DNA of 64,000 nucleotides from a bacterium (GCA_028824415.1 JAPPDX010000107.1:522-64521); one strand, 5' to 3'; shown: positions 45,451 through 54,727, counted from the stretch's first letter. The notes: generated from the letters alone by a model not told the origin. Translations and numbers: made by a program.

Positions 45451-46227
45451 GTGCCGGTCGCTCTGATCACCGGCGCGGCCCGTGGCATCGGGGCGGCGGC
45501 TGCCGGCGCCCTGGCCGCGCAGGGCTGGGATCTCGTGCTCACCGACATTTGCGGCGACGATCCGGCGGTCGGCTACCCCCTGGCTGGCACCGGCGACCTG
45601 ACGGCGACCGCCGAGCGTTGCGGCGGTGAGGCACTCGTCGGCGACGTGCGCTCGGCGGCGGACCTGCAGCGGGCTGTGGAGGTGGCCATGGAGCGATTCG
45701 GACGTCTCGACGCGGCCGTGGCCGTGGCCGGGGTGTTGGTGCCCGCGCCCCACGCCTGGGAGATGCCCGAGGACCGCTGGCACGCCCAACTCGACACGAA
45801 CCTCACCGGAGTCTTCAACCTGGCCCGCGCCGCCGTTCCGGCGCTGCTCGCCGCGCCACAACCCCGTTCGGGTCGATTCGTGGCGGTCTCCTCGGCGGCG
45901 GCGCTGAAGGCCACGCCCCGCCTCGCCGCCTACAGCGCCTCCAAGGCGGGAGTCATCGGTCTCGTGCGCGGGCTGGCCGCCGACCTGGCCGGCACGGGAA
46001 TCACCGCCAACACGGTCCTGCCGGGCTCCACGGATACGACCGTCCTCGACTACAGCGCCGAGGTCTACGGCCTAAATGACCCCGACCGGTTCGCCGACCA
46101 CCACGTGGACCGTCGCATCGTCGATCCCGGGGAGGTCGCCGCCGTCGTGGCGTGGCTCTGCTCGCCGGCCTCCAGCGCCCTGACCGGTGCCGTCGTTCCT
46201 GCCGATGCGGGAATGACCGCCCGCTAG
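45451..46227 (+). CDS. Mycofactocin-coupled SDR-family oxidoreductase (short-chain dehydrogenase)
   Basis: ITGAARGIGAA, the insert DICGDDPAVGYPLAGTGDL typical of the mycofactocin-associated SDR subgroup, and YSASKAGV catalytic YxxxK. It lies directly after mftA. GTG start. Confidence 0.85.
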   Translation: MPVALITGAARGIGAAAAGALAAQGWDLVLTDICGDDPAVGYPLAGTGDLTATAERCGGEALVGDVRSAADLQRAVEVAMERFGRLDAAVAVAGVLVPAPHAWEMPEDRWHAQLDTNLTGVFNLARAAVPALLAAPQPRSGRFVAVSSAAALKATPRLAAYSASKAGVIGLVRGLAADLAGTGITANTVLPGSTDTTVLDYSAEVYGLNDPDRFADHHVDRRIVDPGEVAAVVAWLCSPASSALTGAVVPADAGMTAR

Positions 46228-46276
46228 CGGCGGCGCCCGAGCATCCGCACGCCTCGGCGGACCGATCCGGCGCGGG

Positions 46277-49200
46277 TCAATCGTTCAGAGCGACCGCTGT
46301 CCTGCGCTCCAGCGTGTCCAGGTCGTAGCTCTGCAGCAGCCAGTTCGCCCCCCGATCGGCACGGGAGTACGAAGCCGACAGCGTCCAGAGATCCCCGCCG
46401 ACCGTCAATGAGCGGAAGACCTCGTTCCCACCGTCCTCACGCCGCCGGTCGTGGGGTCCGATGTGGCCGACGTAGCTCAGGTCGCCGGCCGGAGTCACGC
46501 TGAAGACCGCGGCGCCGCGGGTCTGGGCGCGGGCGAATCTTCCCGCGACGGGTACGACCAGCAGGCGTGCCCGATCCGACCACAGGAGGCTCTCGGGATC
46601 TGTTGCCGCCCTGCTGCTGATGCCGGTTCGTGTCCAAGTCCCGGTCTCGTGGAACTCGCCGTCGACGACTGTGTACGAGGCGACCTTGGTGGACGGTGCC
46701 CGTCTCGATTGGACGATCTCGACCGTGGCGAGCTGGTCGGTCCCGATCGGTCGTAGGACGATTCCGTAGTCGCGGTGGGAGAGTCCCGACAGCGCGCCTG
46801 CAGGCGACGGCTTGGCGGGGTCGTGCAGATCGACGACCTGGATCGGTTCCCAATAGGGTCCCCCGAACGTGAACGCCCGGTCACCGGCGTAGCGCACCAC
46901 CGCGATGGGATCGACGCCGCCCAGGTCATCGGACCGTCCAACCGTCACGAGGCTGTCCCCGTCCCCCTCGAGAGTGACGATGCGCGATCCGCCGCGGTCG
47001 TCCCCCGAGCGGGCGGCGCCCTCCTCAACGGCGACGAAGAGGTGCCCATCGAACTCGTGGAGCGGCGATGACCCGATCAGGCTCCCGCCGACCGCGCCGG
47101 ACGCCGCGTAGGCCGCCCGCCACCAGTGCGAGAGGGTGAATCGGTGGATCGACGTGGAGGTCGGGGTCGAGGAGTAACCGGTATCCTCGCCGCGCTTCGA
47201 TGCCGGCCAGGGCTCGGTGGCGACGTACAGGCTCTCGCCCGTGGCGAGGGTGGCCGCGTCCTCACCGAAGATCGCCGCCGCGGTGCCGCTCGTTATCGAC
47301 CGATTCAGATCGATCGTCAGCGCCGAGACGAAACCGACGCCGGAGAACCTGTCGGGCACGACCACGCCGTCGCAGGAGAGGAGTTGTCCCTCGCCGAGAC
47401 GGAGGCCGTTGCCGGCGACGAGGGCATAGCTGGGCAGCCAGTTCTTGAGCGTCGACCGTTCGATGCTCTGCCTGTTTCCGGCGGCTGCGACGCGTTCCGC
47501 GGCCTCCGTGGGCGCGTAGACGAGACCCAGACCCTTGGGAGCCGACCGCACGACGATCCGAGCCCTCCCCGCGTTCGGCCGAGCGTCCAGGAGACGTCCC
47601 TCGACATAGAGGCTGCGGCCCCGCCGGAGCTGGTCGCCCACCAGGAACTCACGCACGACGACGGCATTGCCGAGGGAACTGATCCCCGAGACCCGGCCCG
47701 ACCTGCCGGCCCTGATCTCGCCGACGACGAGCACCCGGTTGCCGAGCGTCATCAGGCGGACGGTTCGATCCAGGTCCAGGGGCAGACGGCCCACGAGGTT
47801 CGGCTCGGCGCCGGAGACATCGACGACGGTCAAGCTGTCCCCAACCGCCGTCACGATGCGGCGTCCGTCACTGTCGATGAAGTCGCGCAGACTGTCATCG
47901 CCCGCCGCCAGCACCCGCCACGAGACGTCGTCGCCCACGACGTCGGAGCGGTCCGGGTGACGGCCGAAGCGACCGCGCTCGAAGCCATAGGCGCCCACGT
48001 GGTCCGCCACTTCGGCCCGGATGTGTGCCAGCAGGCCGGGGCAGTCCGGGAATCGCGTCACCGTCGCCAGGGGTTCCGCTTCGTCGGCCACCGGGCGATC
48101 GACCGGGTCCGCCGTTGCGCTCCCGGTCGCAGCCGCTGGGGGATCCGGTGCGATCTCGGCGGTCGCGGGGAGCGGGACGCGGGCGCCTCGATCGAGCGTC
48201 CCGAGGTCGTTGCGCTGCAGCAGCGAGGCCGACATCGTCCAGAGATCCTCGCCGATCACGAGCGACCGGCGCACGGGCTCCGCTCCACGCCCATCCCGGC
48301 TGTGGTCGACACGGCCGAACTCCTCGAGGCCGTCCGAACGCGTCACCTTGAAGACATAGCCCCCACTGGGTGCTTCTCGCCAATAGGCAACGGTCAGCGG
48401 CAGAACCATCAACTGGTCGCGCGCCCACCACAGGAATGAGCGGTGGTCGGTTCCGATATCGGTGTGGGCATCCCGGAGCGTCCAAGTGTCAATCTCACGA
48501 GGATCCGAGGCGTCGGCGACGTCGAAGAGCGAGATCTTCAGGCCGCGGTCGCGCCCCCATTCGGTGACGTCGCGCCCGACACCGACGAGGAGCCCGTCTC
48601 CGATGGGGTGCAGGTAGCTGGAGAAGCCGGGGATCTTCAGTTCTCCGAGGACGGCGAGGCGGGCGGGATCGCTCAGGTCCACGACGTAGAGAGGGTCGAC
48701 CCTCCGGAAGGTCACGACATAGGCCCGGTCACCGATGTAGCGGACCGCGAAGATGCGTTCACCGCGTCCCAGGTCTCCGACCTCACCGACCTCGACGAGC
48801 CGGTCGCCCCGCTGCCCGAGGGCGACGATCCGGCTCACGGTGCCCCCGAACCGACCCGGCGGCCCTTCGGTGGCCGCCACGAACAGGTGCCCGGCGCGTT
48901 CGTGGAGGGCGAACTGGTTGAGAAGGTGGCCCGCCACCGAGCCGGAGGCCTCGTATGCGGCGGACCCGCCCGTGCCGAACGAGAACTTGTGGATCGATGT
49001 GGCGTACCGCGCGGCTGCACGACCGGAGATCTCCGAACCGGCGAGGTCCGACGCCGACACCCAGGCGCTCGTGGCCACGTAGAGGCTCCGGAGGGTGGCG
49101 TAGACCGTCTCCGCGACGGCGAAGGTGGCCGCACCGTCATGGGGAGCCAACGGCTCGGTGAGGTCGATGGTCATCACCGACGCCGTTCCGAATCCGCCGA

Positions 49201-50449
49201 AATCGCCCGGCACGTGCACCTGGTCACAGGCGAGGAACGGCTCGGCCGCCTCGAGCACCGAACCCTCCGCATCGACCAGCGAGTAGTCGGGCAGCCAGTC
49301 GCTGAGCGTGGTCTGCTCGACGACCTGCCGGTTGAGTTCAGCGGCGAGGGAGATCCCGTCCCGATTGAGCGGGCGGACGAACCCCGGCTCGTCGGGGAAT
49401 GAGTTGATGACGATTCGCGCCGTGCCACCGACGGAGCGTGAGGAGACATAGCGCCCCTCGATCCGCATCGTGCGTCCCCGGCGGGGCACGCCGTCGAGGA
49501 GCACCTCGTCGATCACGACGATCTCGGGCTGCGTCCGGCTTCGCTCGCCGACCTCAGCCTCCGGCCGGATGCCTCCGGCGTCGTTCCGGATGGCGAGAAC
49601 CCGGTCGCCGTGCAGCAGCAACTCGCTGGTCGGCGCGGAGTTGCCGGCACCCATGTCGACGCCCATGTCGCCGTCCATGTTGCTGTCCATGTTGCTGTCC
49701 ATGTCGCGGCCCGCGCCGTCCGTGGAAGCGACGTAGGAACCCGAGAGGGCCACGTGACCCATGATCACGGGTTCCGGGCCGGTGACGTCCACGACGGTCA
49801 GCACGCTCCCCGAGACCGCGATGATGCGGCGGCCGTCGGTCTTGACGATGTCGGGCTCGTCGACACCGGTCACCTGCACGTTCGTCCCCGAGAACTCCAC
49901 CCCTGCCGCGCCGCCCCCATCGTCGGTGGCGATGTCCATCTGTGGACCCATGTCGCCCATGTCGTCGGCGCCCATGTCGTCGGCGCCCATGTCGTCGGCG
50001 CCCATGTCGTCGGCCATTTCGAATTCATCGTCGCCCACGCCCATGTCCTCCACGACGTCATCCGTGACGATGTCCTCGAGGAACTCATCCTCCATGTCCT
50101 CGCCGAAGTCCTCCATGAACCCGTCATCGCTGAGTCGTTCGAACGAGTCGCCGTCGTCGAACGACCGCCGGTATTGGCCGTGGTCGAGTCCGTTCGCCCC
50201 GACGCGGCTCAGCGCCTCGGATTGGATGTGATCGAGCAGGCGGTGGCAGTCGTCGAAGTTTGCGAGAGCCCAATCGGGCCAGGTCTGGTAGGCGAGTGTC
50301 GCAGGGGCTCGGCTACCAGACCCCGGAACCTCGTTCGAGGCTTCGGCTTGCCCGATGTCCACCGTGCGAATGGCCGAGGTGTCGACTGCGCTCGAGCAGG
50401 CGGTGGCGGCGAGGATCAGAACCAGCGTGCTCGTGACGATTCGGCGCAT
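46277..50449 (-). CDS. Secreted lipoprotein made of two tandem 'Beta_propel'-type beta-propeller modules
   Basis: ATG 50449 (MRRIVTSTLVLILAATAC|SS). Module 1 has FSGTNVQVTGVDEPDIVKTDGRRII ... DHRSFLWWARDQLMVLPL. Module 2 starts near RFPDCPGLLAHIRAEV and ends LLQSYDLDTLERR. Both are homologous to 52269..54503. One uninterrupted ORF. Confidence 0.75.
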   Translation of the reverse strand: MRRIVTSTLVLILAATACSSAVDTSAIRTVDIGQAEASNEVPGSGSRAPATLAYQTWPDWALANFDDCHRLLDHIQSEALSRVGANGLDHGQYRRSFDDGDSFERLSDDGFMEDFGEDMEDEFLEDIVTDDVVEDMGVGDDEFEMADDMGADDMGADDMGADDMGDMGPQMDIATDDGGGAAGVEFSGTNVQVTGVDEPDIVKTDGRRIIAVSGSVLTVVDVTGPEPVIMGHVALSGSYVASTDGAGRDMDSNMDSNMDGDMGVDMGAGNSAPTSELLLHGDRVLAIRNDAGGIRPEAEVGERSRTQPEIVVIDEVLLDGVPRRGRTMRIEGRYVSSRSVGGTARIVINSFPDEPGFVRPLNRDGISLAAELNRQVVEQTTLSDWLPDYSLVDAEGSVLEAAEPFLACDQVHVPGDFGGFGTASVMTIDLTEPLAPHDGAATFAVAETVYATLRSLYVATSAWVSASDLAGSEISGRAAARYATSIHKFSFGTGGSAAYEASGSVAGHLLNQFALHERAGHLFVAATEGPPGRFGGTVSRIVALGQRGDRLVEVGEVGDLGRGERIFAVRYIGDRAYVVTFRRVDPLYVVDLSDPARLAVLGELKIPGFSSYLHPIGDGLLVGVGRDVTEWGRDRGLKISLFDVADASDPREIDTWTLRDAHTDIGTDHRSFLWWARDQLMVLPLTVAYWREAPSGGYVFKVTRSDGLEEFGRVDHSRDGRGAEPVRRSLVIGEDLWTMSASLLQRNDLGTLDRGARVPLPATAEIAPDPPAAATGSATADPVDRPVADEAEPLATVTRFPDCPGLLAHIRAEVADHVGAYGFERGRFGRHPDRSDVVGDDVSWRVLAAGDDSLRDFIDSDGRRIVTAVGDSLTVVDVSGAEPNLVGRLPLDLDRTVRLMTLGNRVLVVGEIRAGRSGRVSGISSLGNAVVVREFLVGDQLRRGRSLYVEGRLLDARPNAGRARIVVRSAPKGLGLVYAPTEAAERVAAAGNRQSIERSTLKNWLPSYALVAGNGLRLGEGQLLSCDGVVVPDRFSGVGFVSALTIDLNRSITSGTAAAIFGEDAATLATGESLYVATEPWPASKRGEDTGYSSTPTSTSIHRFTLSHWWRAAYAASGAVGGSLIGSSPLHEFDGHLFVAVEEGAARSGDDRGGSRIVTLEGDGDSLVTVGRSDDLGGVDPIAVVRYAGDRAFTFGGPYWEPIQVVDLHDPAKPSPAGALSGLSHRDYGIVLRPIGTDQLATVEIVQSRRAPSTKVASYTVVDGEFHETGTWTRTGISSRAATDPESLLWSDRARLLVVPVAGRFARAQTRGAAVFSVTPAGDLSYVGHIGPHDRRREDGGNEVFRSLTVGGDLWTLSASYSRADRGANWLLQSYDLDTLERRTAVALND
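49651..49710. repeat. Degenerate 12-nt tandem repeat x5 (CCATGTnGnnGn) inside the propeller gene
   Basis: Units start at 49651, 49663, 49675, 49687 and 49699. On the minus strand it encodes DMDSNMDSNMDGDMGVDMG. Confidence 0.8.
49956..50015. repeat. 15-nt tandem repeat x4 (CCCATGTCGTCGGCG) inside the propeller gene
   Basis: Three perfect units plus a fourth with one change. On the minus strand it encodes (ADDMG)n: DDMGADDMGADDMGADDMG. Confidence 0.85.
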
Positions 50450-50531
50450 TCCGAATTCCCTTCTGTGCCACCGAGATCGACTCGTCGGTTCCCGAACGGG
50501 CAAGGTTGCCTTCATTGCTTATCATCTGGTC

Positions 50532-51230
50532 GTGAGCACGGTCGTCTCGCGCCTCTCGCGACCGGCTGCCGTGGTATGGGCGCGGCGGCTGAACCGATTG
50601 ACCATCACCTGGAACGCCGTCGAGGGCGTGGCGGTGATCATCGTGGGGATCCGGGCCAGCTCGATCAGCCTCATCGGTTGGGGGTTCGACTCGTTCGTCG
50701 AGTTGGTGGCGGGGCTCGTTCTGGCGTGGCGTCTGAGGCTGGAGGCCGGTGACGCCGACACCCGGCACGCGGCGGATCGGCGCGCTCAGCGCCTCATCGC
50801 GGCCTGCTTCGCCGTGCTCGCCGCCTACGTGCTGGCCGAGGCGCTGCGCGATCTCATCTCCGGCGACCCGCCGGACGGTTCGATCCTGGGCATCGCCCTG
50901 GCGGCCCTGTCGCTGGTGGTGATGCCGGTCCTGGCGCGCCTGAAGCTGCAGTTGGCGGTGGCGCTCGGATCCCAGGCGGTGCAGGCCGAGGCGGCCCAGA
51001 CGACCCTGTGTGCGCTGCTCTCGGGCGCGGTGCTGATCGGGCTGGGAGCGAACCTGCTCTTCGGTTGGTGGTGGGCCGACCCCTCCGCAGGTCTCTTCAT
51101 CGCCGTCGCCGCCGCCTACACCGCGGTCCGCATGTGGCGAGCCGACTCGCTCGCCGACACCTGCTGCGACGTGCCCCTGACCGACCTGACCGATGACGGA
51201 CGCGACGCGCCGGACCGTGGGCCCGGGTAG
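50532..51230 (+). CDS. Cation-efflux (CDF-like) membrane protein, short form without cytoplasmic domain
   Basis: GTG 50532. WNAVEGVAVIIVGIRASSISLIGWGFDSFVELVAG and later QAVQAEAAQTTLCALLSGAVLIG resemble CDF TM2/TM5 metal-site helices. Tentative. Confidence 0.6.
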   Translation: MSTVVSRLSRPAAVVWARRLNRLTITWNAVEGVAVIIVGIRASSISLIGWGFDSFVELVAGLVLAWRLRLEAGDADTRHAADRRAQRLIAACFAVLAAYVLAEALRDLISGDPPDGSILGIALAALSLVVMPVLARLKLQLAVALGSQAVQAEAAQTTLCALLSGAVLIGLGANLLFGWWWADPSAGLFIAVAAAYTAVRMWRADSLADTCCDVPLTDLTDDGRDAPDRGPG

Positions 51231-51278
51231 CTCCGAACGATCCTGAGCATCCCACCCACGCCGCCCTAGAGTGCCCGG

Positions 51279-52256
51279 GTGAGCGAATCTCCGGCTGCCG
51301 CGCCGGGCGGCCGAACCCTCGCCGGCCGTAGCGAACTCTCTCTGGGCATCGCCGGCACGACTCTGGCGGTCACCGCCTGGGGCGCCTCCAGTGTGGTTGC
51401 CAAGATCATCGACATGGGTGCGCTGGCGCTCATCTCCTACCGCTTTCTGCTGTTCGCGATCGTGACGACCGCCGTGCTGGCGGCGCGGCGAATGCCGATC
51501 ACACGCGCTCACATGCGCCACTCGGTCTGGGGCGGCGTGACTCTCGGGATCGACGCGGGCCTCTTCTTCACCGCCGTGAAGTTCACGACCGTCGCCAACG
51601 CCACCATTATCAACGCCCTGCAGGTCGTCATCGTGTCCTTCGTGTCGGCCCGCCTGTACGGCGAGCGCATGCCGCGTCGAGACATCGGATACGCGGCGCT
51701 GGCCATGGTCGGTGTTGCCGTCGTTGCATTCGAGTCGGCGAGCAGCGACAGCTGGTCCCTCGGGGGCGATCTGGCCGCCATCGGCGCCCTGTTCGGGTGG
51801 TCGGCCTACTTCATCGCCACCCGGCACGCTCGGGACAAGGTGGACGCACAGCAATACACCGTGTGTGTCGCCATCTACGTCGGCCTGATGAATCTCCCTT
51901 TCGCGGCCATCTTCGGCCAGGACCTCTCCTGGCCCAGCGGCGAGAGTTGGATGTGGCTGGTCGTGATGGCGTTCGGCTCGGGTGTTCTCGGCCACACCGT
52001 CATGAACTGGTCGCTGCGGCACGTCCCCCTGTGGTTGGCGTCGACACTGACTCTGATGATCCCGGTGGTGGCGTCGGGGCTGGCCTGGGTGATCTTCGAT
52101 GAGGCCCTGTCGGTCCTGCAGATGGTGGCGATGGCGGTGGTCGTGGCGGCATTGGCCAAGATCGTGCGCCAGCAGTCGCGGCCCCGGATCGGCGGAGTCC
52201 CCGCCGCCGAGTCCGGCCCGGCCGCCGCCGCTGGGCCCCTCGAGGAAGGGCGCTAG
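51279..52256 (+). CDS. EamA/DMT-superfamily transporter
   Basis: Ten hydrophobic segments in two EamA-like halves (WGASSVVAKI...; FGWSAYFIATRHA...). Confidence 0.8.
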   Translation: MSESPAAAPGGRTLAGRSELSLGIAGTTLAVTAWGASSVVAKIIDMGALALISYRFLLFAIVTTAVLAARRMPITRAHMRHSVWGGVTLGIDAGLFFTAVKFTTVANATIINALQVVIVSFVSARLYGERMPRRDIGYAALAMVGVAVVAFESASSDSWSLGGDLAAIGALFGWSAYFIATRHARDKVDAQQYTVCVAIYVGLMNLPFAAIFGQDLSWPSGESWMWLVVMAFGSGVLGHTVMNWSLRHVPLWLASTLTLMIPVVASGLAWVIFDEALSVLQMVAMAVVVAALAKIVRQQSRPRIGGVPAAESGPAAAAGPLEEGR

Positions 52257-52268
52257 CGAGACTGCTGC

Positions 52269-54503
52269 TCAGCCCGGCAGCACAAGGCGGGCCCGGCGAT
52301 CCAACGTCTCGAGGTCGTTGCTCTGCAACAGTGAGCGAGACAGCGTCCAGAGGTCGTCGCCGATGACCAGCGAGCGGCCGATGCGCTCCGCGTCGCCCCG
52401 GTCCTGTGGCCAGCAGAGTTGGATGCGATCCTCGTCGCCCACCTCGATGCTCAGAGCGTCGGTGTCGATGTCCCAGTTGCGGGCCGCCGCGGCCGGCACC
52501 GTCTCGCAGCCGTAGCCGACGGGGTTGCCGATCTGGCCGGGGGTGCAGACCAGCAGCAGCGGGATCTCCCAGCCCTCCGCCACAGCCTCACTGTCGAACT
52601 CGTGGTAGCAGTCGGTGGAGAAGACGAAGTCCTCGGTGCTGTGCGTGATTAGCCCCTGGTAGTCGAGTCCTCTCTCCCTGGTGACCTTGAAGACGGCGGC
52701 GCCGCCGGGTACCTCGTTGCGCCAGGACCACACCGGCACGATCATGAGACTCTCGGGCGCCCACCACAGGAAGGCCCGGTGATCCCATTCCACGCCGCTC
52801 TGGGCGTCGGCCAGGGTCCACGTGTCGATCTCGGCGGGCTCGGCGGGGTCGGACACGTCGAACAGCGACGCCTTGAAGCCCACGATGCGACCGTCCTCGT
52901 CGGCGTCTCGGCCGATGCCGACGAGGAGACCGTCGCCCACGGGGTGCAGGTAGGCGGAGTAGCCGAGGATCTTCAATTCGCCCAACACGGCCGGCGCCGT
53001 TGGGTCGGCGAGGTCCACGACATAGAGGGGATCCACCTGGCGGAACGTGACGACGTAGGCCCGGTCGCCGATGTAGCGGACCGAGTAGATGCGCTCGCCC
53101 CGCCCCATGTCGCCGACGCTGCCGACGACCGCCAGGACGTCGTCCTTCTGGGCGAGGGCGAAGATCAGGCTCTCGCTCTGGCGGTTGGCGCTCCACGGCG
53201 AGCCGTTCGTCACGGCCGCGAACAGGTGACCGCCATGCTCGTGCAGGGAGAACTGGTTGAGCAGGTGGCCCTTCACCGACCCGGACGCCTCGTAGACGGC
53301 AGGCCCGCCGGGGGTGAGCGAGAACTTGTGGATCGAGGTGCGGTAGCGGTTGTCGACGTCACGCAACCAGTCGTCGTCGTCGAAGAACGGCTGCGGCAAC
53401 CAGGTGTTCGTCGCCACGTACAAGTTCTGGTGGCTGGCGTAGATCGTCTCGCCGGCCGCGAACGTGGCGGCGCCGTCGCCGAGGGTCAGCGACTCGTCGA
53501 GGTCGAAGGTCAGCACGGCCAGCGACCCGAAGCCGGAGAACAGCGACGGCACGTACACTCGGTCGCACGCCAGGATCTGGCCCTCCTCGGTGACCGTGCC
53601 CTCCGAGGAGACCACCCGGTAGTCGGGCAGCCAGTCCTCGAGCGTGCTCTCCGCCACCACCTTGCGGTTGGCGTATTCGGCGAGCGGTTCGCCCTTGGGG
53701 TTCCGCGGGTACACGAACCCCAAGTCGCTGGGGTACGAGACGAGGACGACCCGGGCCGTGCCGTCGATGGACCTCGAGCTGACGTAGCGGCCCTCGGTGT
53801 GCAGGCTGCGGCCCCGGCGGGGGGTGCCGTCCAGGAGGATCTCGTCGATGATCACGATGTCGCGGCTGTAGCCGCCGATGCGGGCGTCGGCGACCAGCGG
53901 CTGGATGGTGCCGTAATGGTTGTTTATGACCAGCACCCGGTCGCCGTGGAGCAGCAGTTCGCCGCCCCAGCGCTCGCCGAGCAGCACCCGCCCCGTGATG
54001 GTCGGCTCGTCGCCGGTGACGTCGATCACGGTGAGGGTGCCGTTGCGCACCGTGATGATGCGGCGCCCGTCGGTCTTGACGATGTCGGGTTCGTCGACGC
54101 CGGTCACCTGCACGTTCGTGCCGGAGAAGTCAGGGCCGCCGGCGCCGTCGTCGCTCCCCGAGACGGCGGCGGGCGTGGCGGCTTGACTCTCTGCCGCCGC
54201 GAAGTCAGCCTCGACGGCCGCCTCCTCGGCGGCGGCGCGGGCCCCGAAGACGGGCCCGAACCGGTCGCCGTCCAGCCCGTAGGGCCCCACCCGGCTCATG
54301 GCCTCGCTCCGGATATAGCCCAGCAGGGCGTCGCAGTCGTCGAAGTTCTCGAGTGTCGAGGCGAACTCCACGTCGGCCGGGGCTCCATCGGTCGGCTGCG
54401 TGGTCGTCGCGGCCTCGGTCGGGGGATCCCCCGACTCCTCGATACCGGCGCATTCGGTCAGCGGGAGGATCAGGGCCAGGATGCCGGCGATCAGTGAGCG
54501 CAT
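52269..54503 (-). CDS. Secreted 'Beta_propel'-type beta-propeller protein (single module)
   Basis: Signal peptide MRSLIAGILALILPLTEC, FSGTNVQVTGVDEPDIVKTDGRRII, YVVTFRQVDPLYVVDL, DHRAFLWWAPESLMIVPV. Confidence 0.8.
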   Translation of the reverse strand: MRSLIAGILALILPLTECAGIEESGDPPTEAATTTQPTDGAPADVEFASTLENFDDCDALLGYIRSEAMSRVGPYGLDGDRFGPVFGARAAAEEAAVEADFAAAESQAATPAAVSGSDDGAGGPDFSGTNVQVTGVDEPDIVKTDGRRIITVRNGTLTVIDVTGDEPTITGRVLLGERWGGELLLHGDRVLVINNHYGTIQPLVADARIGGYSRDIVIIDEILLDGTPRRGRSLHTEGRYVSSRSIDGTARVVLVSYPSDLGFVYPRNPKGEPLAEYANRKVVAESTLEDWLPDYRVVSSEGTVTEEGQILACDRVYVPSLFSGFGSLAVLTFDLDESLTLGDGAATFAAGETIYASHQNLYVATNTWLPQPFFDDDDWLRDVDNRYRTSIHKFSLTPGGPAVYEASGSVKGHLLNQFSLHEHGGHLFAAVTNGSPWSANRQSESLIFALAQKDDVLAVVGSVGDMGRGERIYSVRYIGDRAYVVTFRQVDPLYVVDLADPTAPAVLGELKILGYSAYLHPVGDGLLVGIGRDADEDGRIVGFKASLFDVSDPAEPAEIDTWTLADAQSGVEWDHRAFLWWAPESLMIVPVWSWRNEVPGGAAVFKVTRERGLDYQGLITHSTEDFVFSTDCYHEFDSEAVAEGWEIPLLLVCTPGQIGNPVGYGCETVPAAAARNWDIDTDALSIEVGDEDRIQLCWPQDRGDAERIGRSLVIGDDLWTLSRSLLQSNDLETLDRRARLVLPG

Positions 54504-54727
54504 TGCGGGTTCTCCTTGTCATTCCGACGGTACTCCGTCGGTCAGGCCTCAAGGCCCACGCGGAAGGTTGCGCCGGAGTTCGGTTGTGGCCGCATCGGTT
54601 GGGGCCTGCCACAGAGTTGGACGCTCCGGAGTTCCGAGAAGTTCCCGGCCTGACGTCCGACAGCAGCGACGTCGATCTCGGTCCTCGATGGTCCGGTTCG
54701 GGTCGTCCGTGTCCAGAAGGCACCGGG

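Noticed and set aside
44413-45861. 482-aa minus-strand ORF, the 64-aa ORF at 45185-45379, and the long version of the mftF ORF up to 45548
   Set aside because: They would cover mftA and the SDR start. The plus-strand mftA reading (IDGMCGVY*, strong RBS) and the SDR motifs explain the region better. mftF is best started at GTG 45188, just before the conserved LPAGFGIRLD N-terminus.
49651-50015. Short regularly spaced repeats that might be mistaken for a CRISPR array
   Set aside because: The units are 12 and 15 nt, directly abutting with no spacers, in frame inside a long ORF, and they encode Met/Asp peptide repeats. No cas genes are present in the window.
50313-52022. 569-aa minus-strand ORF
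   Set aside because: It lies antisense to the CDF-like and EamA transporter genes, which have coherent TM-helix patterns. No motifs, and Arg/Gly/His-rich.
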